Of a stretch of DNA of 64,000 nucleotides, positions 1 through 11,224 are shown in pieces (within the stretch, counting starts at the first letter, position 1; every line of letters begins with the position of its first letter). The notes under the pieces were generated by a model, which saw only the letters and a list, made by a program, of their open reading frames with translations, made no database searches and was not told the origin of the DNA. The translations under genes were made by a program, and so were the position numbers. This DNA comes from Hamiltosporidium tvaerminnensis FI-OER-3-3 (taxonomy: Eukaryota > Fungi > Microsporidia). The stretch is from positions 310,001 to 374,000 of the forward strand of contig JAKIMF020000005.1 of assembly GCA_022605425.2 (NCBI GenBank), in the 5' to 3' direction.

Positions 1-377
1 ATAGATATAAATAAGAGAAATGAATTAGAAATATTTTTATTATTTCTCAATTTGGGTTGTTTATATCTATAATTTTTTTTTCGTTTCATGAATTCTAAAT
101 TCTAAATTTTAAATTTAGTGTTTTTTTTTATTGCTGTTTCTTAAAATTTGGAAATTATTATTTAATTGAATTTAGAATTTAGTCCAAGGTTTAAGTATTT
201 CATTTTTATTTCTTGTATTTATTTGATTTGAATAGGCGAAGGTTTTACTTTTATATTTTCTTTAAATATTCATTCGAATTTTTTTTTGTAAATCTATTAT
301 TTTTTTAAAAAATGTGTTATTTTAAATATTTATACGAAGCTAAAACCAAATACTTTTGGATTTTTTTTAAATTTCAA

Positions 378-512
378 CGAGGTGGAAGAAAATATATAAA
401 AAGGTAAAAAATTTTTAACCTTGAATCTTATAAACGATTTTTAAAGTTAAAAGAGGTAGAAATAAATATATAAAAATGGTAAAAATATTTTAACCCAGAA
501 GTTTATTAAATA
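378..512 (+). repeat. Two tandem copies of the RLE retrotransposon 3'-terminal ~70 bp
   Basis: GAGGTAGAA...ATATAAAAATGGTAAAAATATTTTAACCCAGAAGTTTATTAAATAA matches the retroelement 3' ends at 4778-4838 and 15575-15636. Confidence 0.8.
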
Positions 513-1989
513 AAAAATTATACTTAGATATATACTATTAGATAAGTAAAACAATTTATTGTACTACACTTTCTTCTTTAAATGTATTTTTATCTAATTT
601 TATTTCCCTAACAATTAAAATCTTATATTCCATCCTAATATAATTTCACATTAATTTAATTCATTCTAATAAATTTCTTATAAATTCAATCTTAATTTTA
701 TTCGATGATTTAATTTAAATCTTATCTAATAAAATGATGCCTGTATGATCGTTTTGGCATTTAATTCGTATACTTTTGTCCCTAATTTTTATTTAGAACT
801 TCTAAATACTAAACAAGTAACTTAAAGATCAAAACAATAGAATTAAGTTTCTGTATTAAGAAGATTTTTTTAAATAAATATGATAACAGGTCTAATCTTG
901 AATTATATTCTTAGTTTAAACTATATAAGAATAAATCTTATACAAAAAATTCATAATTTCATTTATATTAAATTAAAATAATACTTTAGGTGTATAGAAT
1001 GCTAGTATGGGATATATCCTCGATATAATATTATTCTTAGCATCTAATTATGTTTTATTTCCCGTGTGTTACCCAAAAAATTCTGTTGCAAACATACAGT
1101 GGATTACTAGTATTTTACAATGTATTATGCTATTAATTTACTAAGTATTTCTCTGTTGCCTGATAGACATCAAACGATTGTATTTACATGTGTTTTTAAT
1201 CTATCAAAGATTTTGGCACGTATTGGAGTATAAATATAGCAGATTAAAGCAAAATTTTCGGTTTATAAATTATACTATGATTGCGACTTGATATAACAGA
1301 TGTGTTATAGTGAGTAATCCGAAGAAAATTACTTTTTAAATAAAATATTGAAAATTTAATTATAAAAGTCGGACTTATAATCTCATTCAGTAGCTAAAAA
1401 TTTTTAAAATATATAAATTCAAATAAAATGTAGGACTTAAATACTCTCATTTGCTTGCTGATAAGGGTAAAAAAATATCTACATACTAAAATAGAATGTA
1501 AAATTCTTTTTTAATTCTATTCTATCAGATATAAAGTACTATTAAGTCGATATTTTTATTAAATTACGTCTAATTCGAGAAAATATATAATTTTAGCTAT
1601 TTACAATCACTCTGCTCGAATACACTTTTTAATTTAAAAAAATAATAGATAAAAGAATAAAAGATTTTAAAATAATTCGGCTTAAAATAATCTCTTTTCT
1701 TACAAAACCAAAGAACATCTTCAATTGATGATTTAAAATAGTCAATTGTTTAGTATTTTATCTAAAGTTAACAATATAAGATATGATAATAAATGGTAGA
1801 TGAATTTTATTAAAAATTAATTTAATATCTGATGTAATATCATTAAGGAAATTAAAATAAGATTAAAAGATATATTAATAACCTTTTTTCATTTTGATAC
1901 ACTTTGTTTAAGATAAAGAAAATCAATGCAGATTTATAAATAAACACTCGATTTCAAATCTATATAATAAAAAAAACAATAATAAACAA

Positions 1990-3195
1990 ATGATTGGCAA
2001 AATAAAGAACAGCGGAAATATTAAAAAAATTAATATTTCAGAAGTAACAAAAAATCAGGGACTTGAATCGAGTGAACTGATTGGAATCTTAAATAAAATC
2101 GATGAATGCAAGCAAGATATTAATGATATGGGAAATATACATAAAAGTATATTTAAACTCATTAAAAATTTGAAATTAAAGGAGAAAGAAGAAGAGAGTA
2201 TAAAAACTAAAGAAGATTTGGAAAAAGCAGATATATCCTTTCTTGAAAACCCAGCAGTTAAAATACATGAAATCAATATTTGGAATCATGAAGATAAGAG
2301 ATTCCCGATGTTAAAATATCATATGGAATATAAATTTCCTATAATGATATACAAAAAAAATGAAATTTCTTTTCAATCAAAGCTGGTAAATGAACCATCT
2401 CGAGATAGAAAACAAGAAATTCCATTTAACAAATTAGAAAACAAGAGAAAAAAAGCTAATGATACTATAAAATATGATTTACTTAGTGATAAAGAAAAGA
2501 TCAAATTGGCTTGTTTTTGCTTTAAGAAGCTTCGTAAATATAGATCCAGTTTTAAAGATAGTATTTTAGAAAGAATTTCAGATATATTCAGATCTTCGTT
2601 TAAGAAAGATTCTTATCATATAAAAAAAGCAAATACATTTGTTTATACCGTTGGTGACCATATTTTAGATGAAGGGATCAAAAAAGAGGGATTGTTTAGA
2701 ATTTCCGGTAAATATGCTTATTATAAATTTATGCCGGGTGTTTTAGCTGCAGGAAAGAGATATGATTATACTGAGTTATCAGTTCATGACAACGCTTCAA
2801 TTTTCAAAGCATATATTCGGGAGATAATGAATGGGATAATTTCAGTTCAGATTGCAGAAAGGGTGATGAAAATAATAAAAAACCAGACGGATCCTTCAAT
2901 AATAGAATATATTGTACCTTTAATTATATTTTCGATTACAAATGAGAACCGAAAGATGCTTATGTATTTACAGAAAATCTTTCGAAAAGTTGATGAGTAT
3001 TCAAAAGATAATAAAATGGGGTCAGATAATCTATATAAAATTTTTACTCCCACTATTTTTCCAAATATTGAATGTTATGATTTGAATTCCATAAATTTGC
3101 AAATTGAGATTGTAAAAAGAATTTTTGAGTCAAATTTAACAGAAATCCCTTGTTTTTTGTATGAAGAAGCACTTTCGGTAGCTAAAAATCAATAA
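1990..3195 (+). CDS. RhoGAP domain protein (copy 1)
   Basis: Intact 401 aa ORF with EGLFRISG (arginine finger), HDNASIFKAYIREI and NKMGSDNLYKIFTPTIF RhoGAP boxes. AATAAA overlaps the stop codon. Confidence 0.9.
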   Translation: MIGKIKNSGNIKKINISEVTKNQGLESSELIGILNKIDECKQDINDMGNIHKSIFKLIKNLKLKEKEEESIKTKEDLEKADISFLENPAVKIHEINIWNHEDKRFPMLKYHMEYKFPIMIYKKNEISFQSKLVNEPSRDRKQEIPFNKLENKRKKANDTIKYDLLSDKEKIKLACFCFKKLRKYRSSFKDSILERISDIFRSSFKKDSYHIKKANTFVYTVGDHILDEGIKKEGLFRISGKYAYYKFMPGVLAAGKRYDYTELSVHDNASIFKAYIREIMNGIISVQIAERVMKIIKNQTDPSIIEYIVPLIIFSITNENRKMLMYLQKIFRKVDEYSKDNKMGSDNLYKIFTPTIFPNIECYDLNSINLQIEIVKRIFESNLTEIPCFLYEEALSVAKNQ

Positions 3196-3270
3196 ATCCT
3201 TTAATTTTCCACTTTAAATGTTTTCATTTTATTTTTTAAATATTTTGAATATATTTTTAGAATTATTCAA

Positions 3271-4838
3271 AATAGAAGATAGCAGAGGAATCCAAACACG
3301 TAACTCATTTGAAGAAGTACAGAGCAAACTTTAATCAGGAGTTGAAAGACTTTTTCACACTAGATTAAATGCAAAAAAATTATTTTCTGCAATCAATCAA
3401 CATGCGATATCGTTAATCAACTATCAGATAGGAGTACTTCGACTTGAACCGGCTGACTTCTCTAAGTTAGATAAGGCAGTTCGTACGGTGTTAGTGAAGA
3501 ATAAGATACATCTTCGCCCAGGATGTAAAAAGCTTTTGTATCTTTCTAGAACAGAACTTGGAAGAGGCCTACATAGTGTTGAGTTGCGAAGCGAACATAT
3601 GCTTCTGCAACTCTTGGATTGTCTGGAAAAAAGTAAAGAAATATCAACTAGACGAGCAGCAATCCTCAAGGTGGAGAATAATAATAAAACTCATCTTGCA
3701 CTAATAAAAGGCTTCTTAAAAGTAAAGTACAGGTTGGTAGAAAAAGTCATTAAGAAAAGTTTAAAAGAAGCTCAACTTGCAAAACTATATAACGAAATAG
3801 AAAAACGAAAACTCAATTCAAAGTTATATAATGCAAGGAAAAATGAACTTGTGAGTGTTAGTGACTCTTCAAGATGGCTAAAGAGAGGAAATATTAGGCC
3901 ACGAAATGAAGCTGTGTTCTGTTATATCCAGGATAGAAATGTATTCTGGGGAGCAGATGGTGTGTGTCAACATTGCGGGAAGTCTGGTAAGACTGTAGAT
4001 CATCTAGCAACTCGATGTGAAAAAATGCTAGGCCATGACTACACCAGACGGCATAATGAAGTGGTTAGATGCCTACACTTACTTCTCCTAAATAGATATA
4101 AGTTTAAGTCTTCAAAACGAATTAGGAGTAACGCAGTTCAAGAAATTCTTGATAATGAGTACGCAGAGATAAGAGTGGACCCAGAATTAAAACTGATGTT
4201 AAAATTCAGAATAACAGACCGGACAGATTTATTTTAGAAGAAGAAGAATAAGATAACACTCATTGAAGTAGGAATCACTTCCCAAGATTCACTTCAAATA
4301 GTTGAAACTGAAAAACTTAGGAAGTATGACCTGCTAGCCAATGAGTTGGGTCTCTTTTATAGGTGTAGTGTTGAGATAATCCCTTATGTGATGACCTGGG
4401 ACGGTATTGTGACAAAATACCATAAATCTCATCTTAAAAGACTAGAAATACTCATGAATGTAGAGGCACAAATTCAATCTATTGTACCTAAGAAGACAGT
4501 CGAAACGATTTCCTTTGTTCGACGAAGAGGACTTGAGTCAGGACTAAATGCCGAAGAGAGCTGGGAGAGAGCGTCAATGGGTGTTATTATGAGATCAGAG
4601 ATGCATGAGGAACCAAAACCCTCTTTAAAAGGAGAGAAGAGAGAGGAAGATGATGCAAAAAATTTTAAACCAAAAAATAAAGCACCCCTTATTTCACAAG
4701 GAGGAACCACTTTAGAGGAACCGACCAATAACATAAATGAAGAGTCGGATTTGGAAGAAGAGACAATAGTGGTTAAAGAGATAGAAGAAAACATATAAAA
4801 ATGTTAAAAATATTTTAACCCAGAATTTTATTAAATAA
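3271..4838 (+). mobile_element. 5'-truncated non-LTR retrotransposon, RLE type (R4/Dong-like), pseudogenised
   Basis: Post-RT thumb region, CCHC knuckle CQHC...DHLATRC, RHN motif and PD..IEVG..K..KY restriction-like endonuclease, with stops and frameshifts. Ends in ACCCAGAATTTTATTAAATAA. Confidence 0.88.
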
Positions 4839-6949
4839 TTAAATAATTAATGAAATTTTTTAATTACCTCATTTTATTCTCCGATATCCAAAGATTCATT
4901 TACGTTTATTTTTGCCTTCTTCAACCTAGCTGTGATATTTAATATATGAAGTACAGTATTCTTGGTACTTATTTTTGAACACAACCTTTCTCATTTTCAC
5001 TCTTTAAAGCAGGTTTTGGGTTTCTATGTGTCGCTTTTCAATGCGACTTAAAAACTATGAAATTAATAAACTATCACAGAAACAAGTATTCATTTTCGGA
5101 GTTTTTATAAACAGTGATAAAGTTGTATTTTACTGTTTCAAAAAGATCATTGAATTATAAAATTAAATTTTTGCAAGCGAATAAACACTCAAAAATAGCA
5201 AGGTATTTGTGTGTCTCACCAATAATTATGGATATAAAAAAAACTCAGATGTGTAAAGGTAGATTTGATAAAAAGAACGAAAAGGCGCTAATTAGGGAAC
5301 AAAAGGTGTGATAAAAGAGCTTTAAATCAACATTAAATATAAATAGCTTCTCTTCTCGCAACTAAAATAATCTTAATTTATGCAAATCATTTACAGTATC
5401 TGTTTGGATGCTTAACACTGCATCACTGTAGAATATATCTTCATTTTATATGAAGATTTTGCATATAAACTGGTGCAAATTTTTTAACTTACTAAAAAAG
5501 CTTGGATATGATCAGGCTTTTGGTATTTATAATTTACTTATGCAGAAACAATTAATAAACAAAACATCTTCGATTTTTTTAGAATTACAGACTAATATTG
5601 AAGAATATATAATAAAGACTAGACATATATTTCTTGTGTACTACAAACAAAATATTAATGGTCTATTTCATTTAATAATATTTTATATATTGAAGGTAAC
5701 GGACAAATGTGATTATAACAGTAAAAAAGCACAGTAAACGAGGGGTGATCAAAGGATAAACATATTCTACTTTTAGACTGACCTACACAGTATAATCAAA
5801 ATAAAATCTTATTCCGATTAGAATAAACGAAACATACTCCTAAAGACACCAAGGTGGTTGTTTTAAACAAAAAAATCATTAAATTAAATTAGCTGGCAAA
5901 TAATTATTGAATTCCATAGAACAAATAGCCTTTAATAATAGTATTGAAATGCCACAAACAATCCTGATTTAGAAGGGAATATAATTAGAATTACTTGGAA
6001 TTTCGGACGGATAAAACTGAAACGAAAAGCCAAATTTCATGTGTGAATTGAAATATACGTAAAACTTGAAATTGAATTTTAAAACACCTTTAATAAAAGC
6101 AAATAACCGAAAACATGTGGTTTTGGAATGAAAATTATTATTTATAAACACTCAATTTGAAGTTATAAAAATCACTTCCTTTGTTACAGTTATAGTCAAA
6201 AACCATCCTTTAAATTTTATGAAAAAGCTCTGAAAAACGAAATTAAGAAGCAATAGAAAAAATACGATTTGTTTTTGGCTTATTACCTTTCAATATTCAT
6301 GGGTTTTATTTGTGAAATTCCAATCCGCAACCTTCTTTAATCACAAAGAAATTATTAGTCTACATCCATAATTCTAGACATAAAAATGACATAATTTATC
6401 CAAAAATCCTCTTCCGTTTCTTACGAATATACTTTAACTCATATTTTTTTTCAATTTGAAGATTTGATATAATTAGCATAGGTTAGCGCCTGATCCGAAA
6501 GTTACTCGGATATATGGGGATCTAAATACCTATAAAAGTTGCGACGGGGCGCAATTCTAAAGGATGTTTTTATAAATATATGATCTAGGAGCCCGAAAGT
6601 CGATTATATTTACCAATTATTCTATTCAATAAGCAAATAAACGAGTTTCTGACTAAAAAAATATTGATAAAATGTGGATCTATAAAAATTTACGAATGCT
6701 TTTCAGATATAATTATCTTTAGTTGGGCTAAAAAGCCATAAAATACTTACTAATACTTGAGAGAGAGCAAAAAGAAGTTAAATATACAAAATAAAAGGAC
6801 TAATGAAGCCTCAGGCAATTCAGCTTTATACTTTGAATTATATTTTGAACCATATTTAGATAGAAAACCAGATGATCTATTGACATTTATCTTAAATATA
6901 ATTTTCTTGTTTAAATTAACTTTTAAGCATAAGCCTAAAAATCAACAAA

Positions 6950-7900
6950 CAATCTATCTCTAGACTTGAAACAACTAGTCGACTAACAATAGAAAGAAAA
7001 TTTGTGAGATTTAATTTAACAATTTTATTGTAGATTTAAGAAGTTCTTAGCCCAGAAGTAATTGGTAATAAGAAGTTACCAATAAATAACAGTACGCCTT
7101 TCCCAGATAATTAAATTTTCTTCGCGAGATTAGCTTTGTATTTTAATAGTGGAAAGTCGGCTATAACGAAAAAAATAGACTCTTATTCAACCAGAAATTT
7201 AAGGTTATGAAATAAAAATTATATACGGAGATCTTATAAAGAGCTTCCATAGAATAGCGTAAATTCCGGTTTTTTAGTCATTGCGAAAGAGCAAAAACAT
7301 ATAACTATATCAGATGGTTTATCTCAGCAGGAGAAAGGAAAGCCACTAATAAAAATAGTAAAAACCATAGTCAAATGGGCTAAACACGAAGAAATTATTA
7401 TAACAAGTGACAAACATCTAATGCAATATATTAAAAACTTTCAAACAGACGATTTCCTTAATCATTGTTCATATTATATGTAGACAAATAAAAATAGCGA
7501 ATATAGAAGGAAAGAAAATACGTGGCACTGAACTTATTTTCAGATTAAAGAAGTTATTTACTGATTTTGGGGGCAAAATCAATGTTTTATTTATTCATTT
7601 CTTATCTGGAATTTAATAAAACTGATTCGGATCGTTCAGAGGCTTCATCTCAATTCAATACAGAAAAATAAAATAAGTAAGAGAAAAAATATCCCAAAAA
7701 GTTATAAACTTTGAGAATTTGTACATTAAAAAATGAATCTAGGAAATATATTAGAGGTTACATTAGCTAGAACTAGTAATCACGTCATATATTCCTCTAA
7801 AAGGCATGTAAAAGATGCAAAAATCTACAATGATCGGAAGGTGCCGTACATCAGAATGGAAACGTAAGTTATATCAAAATAATGGCTCGAATATCAAAAC
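6950..7900 (+). pseudogene. Possible highly decayed Ty3/Gypsy pol (RNase H/integrase) remnant
   Basis: Fragmentary translations only: SDGLSQ, IITSDKHL, IEGK.. and a GPY-like segment near 7840. No ORF. Confidence 0.25.
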
Positions 7901-8776
7901 TAAGAAATCGGCAGAGAATTAGTAGACTAATTGTGAAAACCGTCTTAAAAATAATTTTATTATTTATTACAAAAGAGGCTTTTTTCTAGTTACATATTCC
8001 AGTTTCTTTTAACTTTAGCTATTAAGAAGATAACACATTAAAATATTATAAAATTCAAGTCTATAAAAGAGATAAACTGTCATATTTTTCATGAATCCTT
8101 GTAAACAAATATGTAATAGAAAAGAAACTCAAGATAAAGAGTTATATAAAAATCCGTAGTAATAATTTATGAGAAATATTTATTTTAAACACGAAAATAG
8201 AATTTTTTACACTCATTTTGTAATTACTGCCCAAAATTCTATCAGAAACTTTAAATAGAAAAATTGATGAAAAGCGATAAGTTAACCAATAATTTGATTC
8301 TTCGTTTACTTTTGCTTTATAATTTTTTTCGAACATGTTGCATTATTTTCGTAGAAAGTATAATATTTACTCTTGAAGGCACCAAGTATCACGCATTAAA
8401 GGTATTTAAAAACTCATAGTAATTAAAAAGAAAGTCGGAAAATTTTTTGTACGACACGTAAATTGAATTTAAATCCAAACTATGACATAAGCTAAAAAGG
8501 GCTTATGAAAAAGTACAACAAATGCTCAAACAACGATTCTCAAATTCGCATACTGATCAAGTATAAACACGGTGAGAAGAAACAAAAAAGTGAAGAATGT
8601 ACTTAAATCGAGATATGAAAAATTGTAACTATTGCATAATAAGCATATAAAATGTAAAACTTGAATGTATAAAATAAACAAAATAAGAGGATCAATCGAA
8701 GAAAAACGGGTTATAAACTACCCTTAATTCAATCTTTTGTTATAAATGAGTGCGATTTAATAAACACCTTCCATGT

Positions 8777-10024
8777 TTAGCTATTAGTTCTTTCGATATT
8801 TTCAATTCTTTCAAACAAAGTAGGATGGCTCATAAAAAACATGCTAAATATCTTAGAATTATATAAAGGCCAATTTGATGAATTAATCATGCACAATACC
8901 CTGATAAGGCTGATCCCGAATCCCTCAGAATGTGCAAACGAATCTGCTTTGAATTCTTCTAACTGTTGTATTAAAACAGATAAGAAAACAAATGAATATT
9001 TAAAAAAATTATTATATATCATTACTAATATGACAAATATAATCATTTTGGATGTTTTTTCCGATTTTATTTTTGTTGTTAGATGGAAGTATATAAAAAG
9101 GTACATGATGCCTTTTAATAATCGACTGCAAAACCAATCTAAAAATCTATATTTTAATCCAATCTTTATATGTCCCAATTCGTGAGCTATTGTACCTGAA
9201 ATATATTTATTTTCCAATATACGCCTGCCCAACAAATATATTTTACAGGGTGTAAATCCAAGTATCGTAAATGCATTTGAAGTTTCCCCAGGATTTACTT
9301 CTTTATAAATATTTGTTTCCATTCCCATCGAAACTATCAAATTTTGAATTTTCTTATCCAGTAAATGGATATCAATATTTCTAAATTCAAAAATTTGAGT
9401 ATTCTCAAAAAAATTTATATGTATCGGTGAAATTAATAATACCAGAATAATAAGGGCAAAAATAAAAACCTTCTTACCGAATTTTACTATAATTGCATTT
9501 AATGTTATCAGGAGAACATATTGCCCTAATATATTGAAAATAATGTGGAGTACCAAGAGCAAAAAATTGATTTTGTCGTTTCGGTTCATATTAAATAGTA
9601 TTTCTAAAAATATATTAAAAAATGTATTGACAATACTGTATTTAAGGATTATATCCAAGTCTTCTGATGTAAAACTTTGAAATGAACATCTAAAAAGTTT
9701 ATATTTTTCATTAAAATTTTCAACTTTTTTTCGTAAGCTTTTATTAAGAAACGATAGAACAAATAAAAATTTCATTAAAAAAATGCAAATCGCCATTTGA
9801 ATGAAATTTATTTTCTTAAGAGATGCTTTCTTTTGAGACTTAAAAAAATCTTCAGTATCCTCTTCAATATGCGATATTAAATATTTATTATTCTCAAATA
9901 AATTTTTATATTCGTGCAATTGATTTGAATATTTATATGTTTGAATCCATTCATAACTCATTAAACTGATAAATATTATTATAATAGGATATAATAAATA
10001 ATTAAATCGCCATTTTTTAACCAT
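8777..10024 (-). CDS. Peptidase M48 (Ste24/CAAX-like) membrane zinc metalloprotease
   Basis: Multiple TM segments, NAF motif, AHELGH zinc motif, EFKAD and SHP..ERI. CCCCTAAAATG start context. Confidence 0.9.
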   Translation of the reverse strand: MVKKWRFNYLLYPIIIIFISLMSYEWIQTYKYSNQLHEYKNLFENNKYLISHIEEDTEDFFKSQKKASLKKINFIQMAICIFLMKFLFVLSFLNKSLRKKVENFNEKYKLFRCSFQSFTSEDLDIILKYSIVNTFFNIFLEILFNMNRNDKINFLLLVLHIIFNILGQYVLLITLNAIIVKFGKKVFIFALIILVLLISPIHINFFENTQIFEFRNIDIHLLDKKIQNLIVSMGMETNIYKEVNPGETSNAFTILGFTPCKIYLLGRRILENKYISGTIAHELGHIKIGLKYRFLDWFCSRLLKGIMYLFIYFHLTTKIKSEKTSKMIIFVILVMIYNNFFKYSFVFLSVLIQQLEEFKADSFAHSEGFGISLIRVLCMINSSNWPLYNSKIFSMFFMSHPTLFERIENIERTNS

Positions 10025-11150
10025 TTTAGGGGTAGATGGTTTATTAGTTTTATTTATAATGAAAAAATCAAATTATTAATTAATCTTGCTATTAATCTAA
10101 AGATAAAAATAAAAAAAATCTGTAATAAATCGGATTAAAAAGAATGATTGAAATGAATTTTGTATATAGTTGTAATATTATATAATGAATTTAAATGTAC
10201 AAGCTTAAATTTATGATTGCTATAAATTGCATTAATTAATTTATTACAAAAAGGTTGAATGAAAATATATTTTCTTAAAATAATTGGTTTATGTAAAAGA
10301 GAATTCCATTAGATTTTGATGACTTTGCATTGCTATAAAATTAAAAAGACGGATTTTTAAGGCTTCTCGAAATATTTAATTGTAAAGATTGTAACATATG
10401 CTAAGATATTACGAAGCTGATACTTGTATTACTAGAGCTTGCGTATTTTTTTTTCTATTAAATATTTGAATTCTTTTTAAGTAAATATAAGCAAAATTAA
10501 TGGTTTAAAAATTTGCAATATATCTTTGTTGGGATAAAGAAACCAAAAAAGCCTATTTCATATATAGAAATCACGATTGTTCTTTTTTCGTTAGTCTCTA
10601 AATTTTTAATTTTACGGAATATAAAATTTAACATTGATATCTAAACAATGTATTTTTACCGGAATGTATTTTACAAGTATAGCGAATAAGATATAACCAA
10701 AGCTACCTTTTTTGGTTAAAAAATATAATAAATAAACTCTAGAGCTTGGGAATTTGGCATGTATTGGTAGAATTTATTTGTCGTAAAACAACTAGAAATG
10801 ATTCAACATAAAATATCAACGATAATAAGAAAAAAAGGTATAATTATGAACTCGTAAATAATAAATGGATATATTTAAATGTTTTAAAGTAAAAATTTGT
10901 ATATTTCTGCAGAAATATTTTTTAATTTAACACTAAAATTTCGAAGACAATGATATTTTGGCATAATCACTATCAAATAATAACTTCTACTGGTTATAAG
11001 ACATTATACTGAATGTTATTACTACTTATAATAATATAGGCCACCAAAGGTCTCAAAAAGCTCGAGCCTCTTTAACGATTTTTCTAATTTATATTATATC
11101 GTTTCGGTTGGTAGCAATATAGTTTTTTGAGATAAGAGTGTTAGTCCCAT

Positions 11151-11224
11151 GTTCAACACTCCTCTTTTATCCGAGCTTGGAGCCAGCAAAGCAGACTCAT
11201 TTGTACTCCGACGAAGTTACTGGT
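11151..11224 (-). ncRNA. Twister ribozyme-like sequence (decayed, RTE 5' UTR type)
   Basis: Minus strand CAG-UAA-CUUC-GUC-[GGAGUA..UGCUUU]-G-CUGG-CUCCAAGC-UCGG-AUAAA-AGAG-GAGUG-UUG aligns element by element to the twister consensus UAACUCCGCC..GCCGGUCCCAAGCCCGGAUAAAGGAGGAGGGUUG. Confidence 0.7.
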
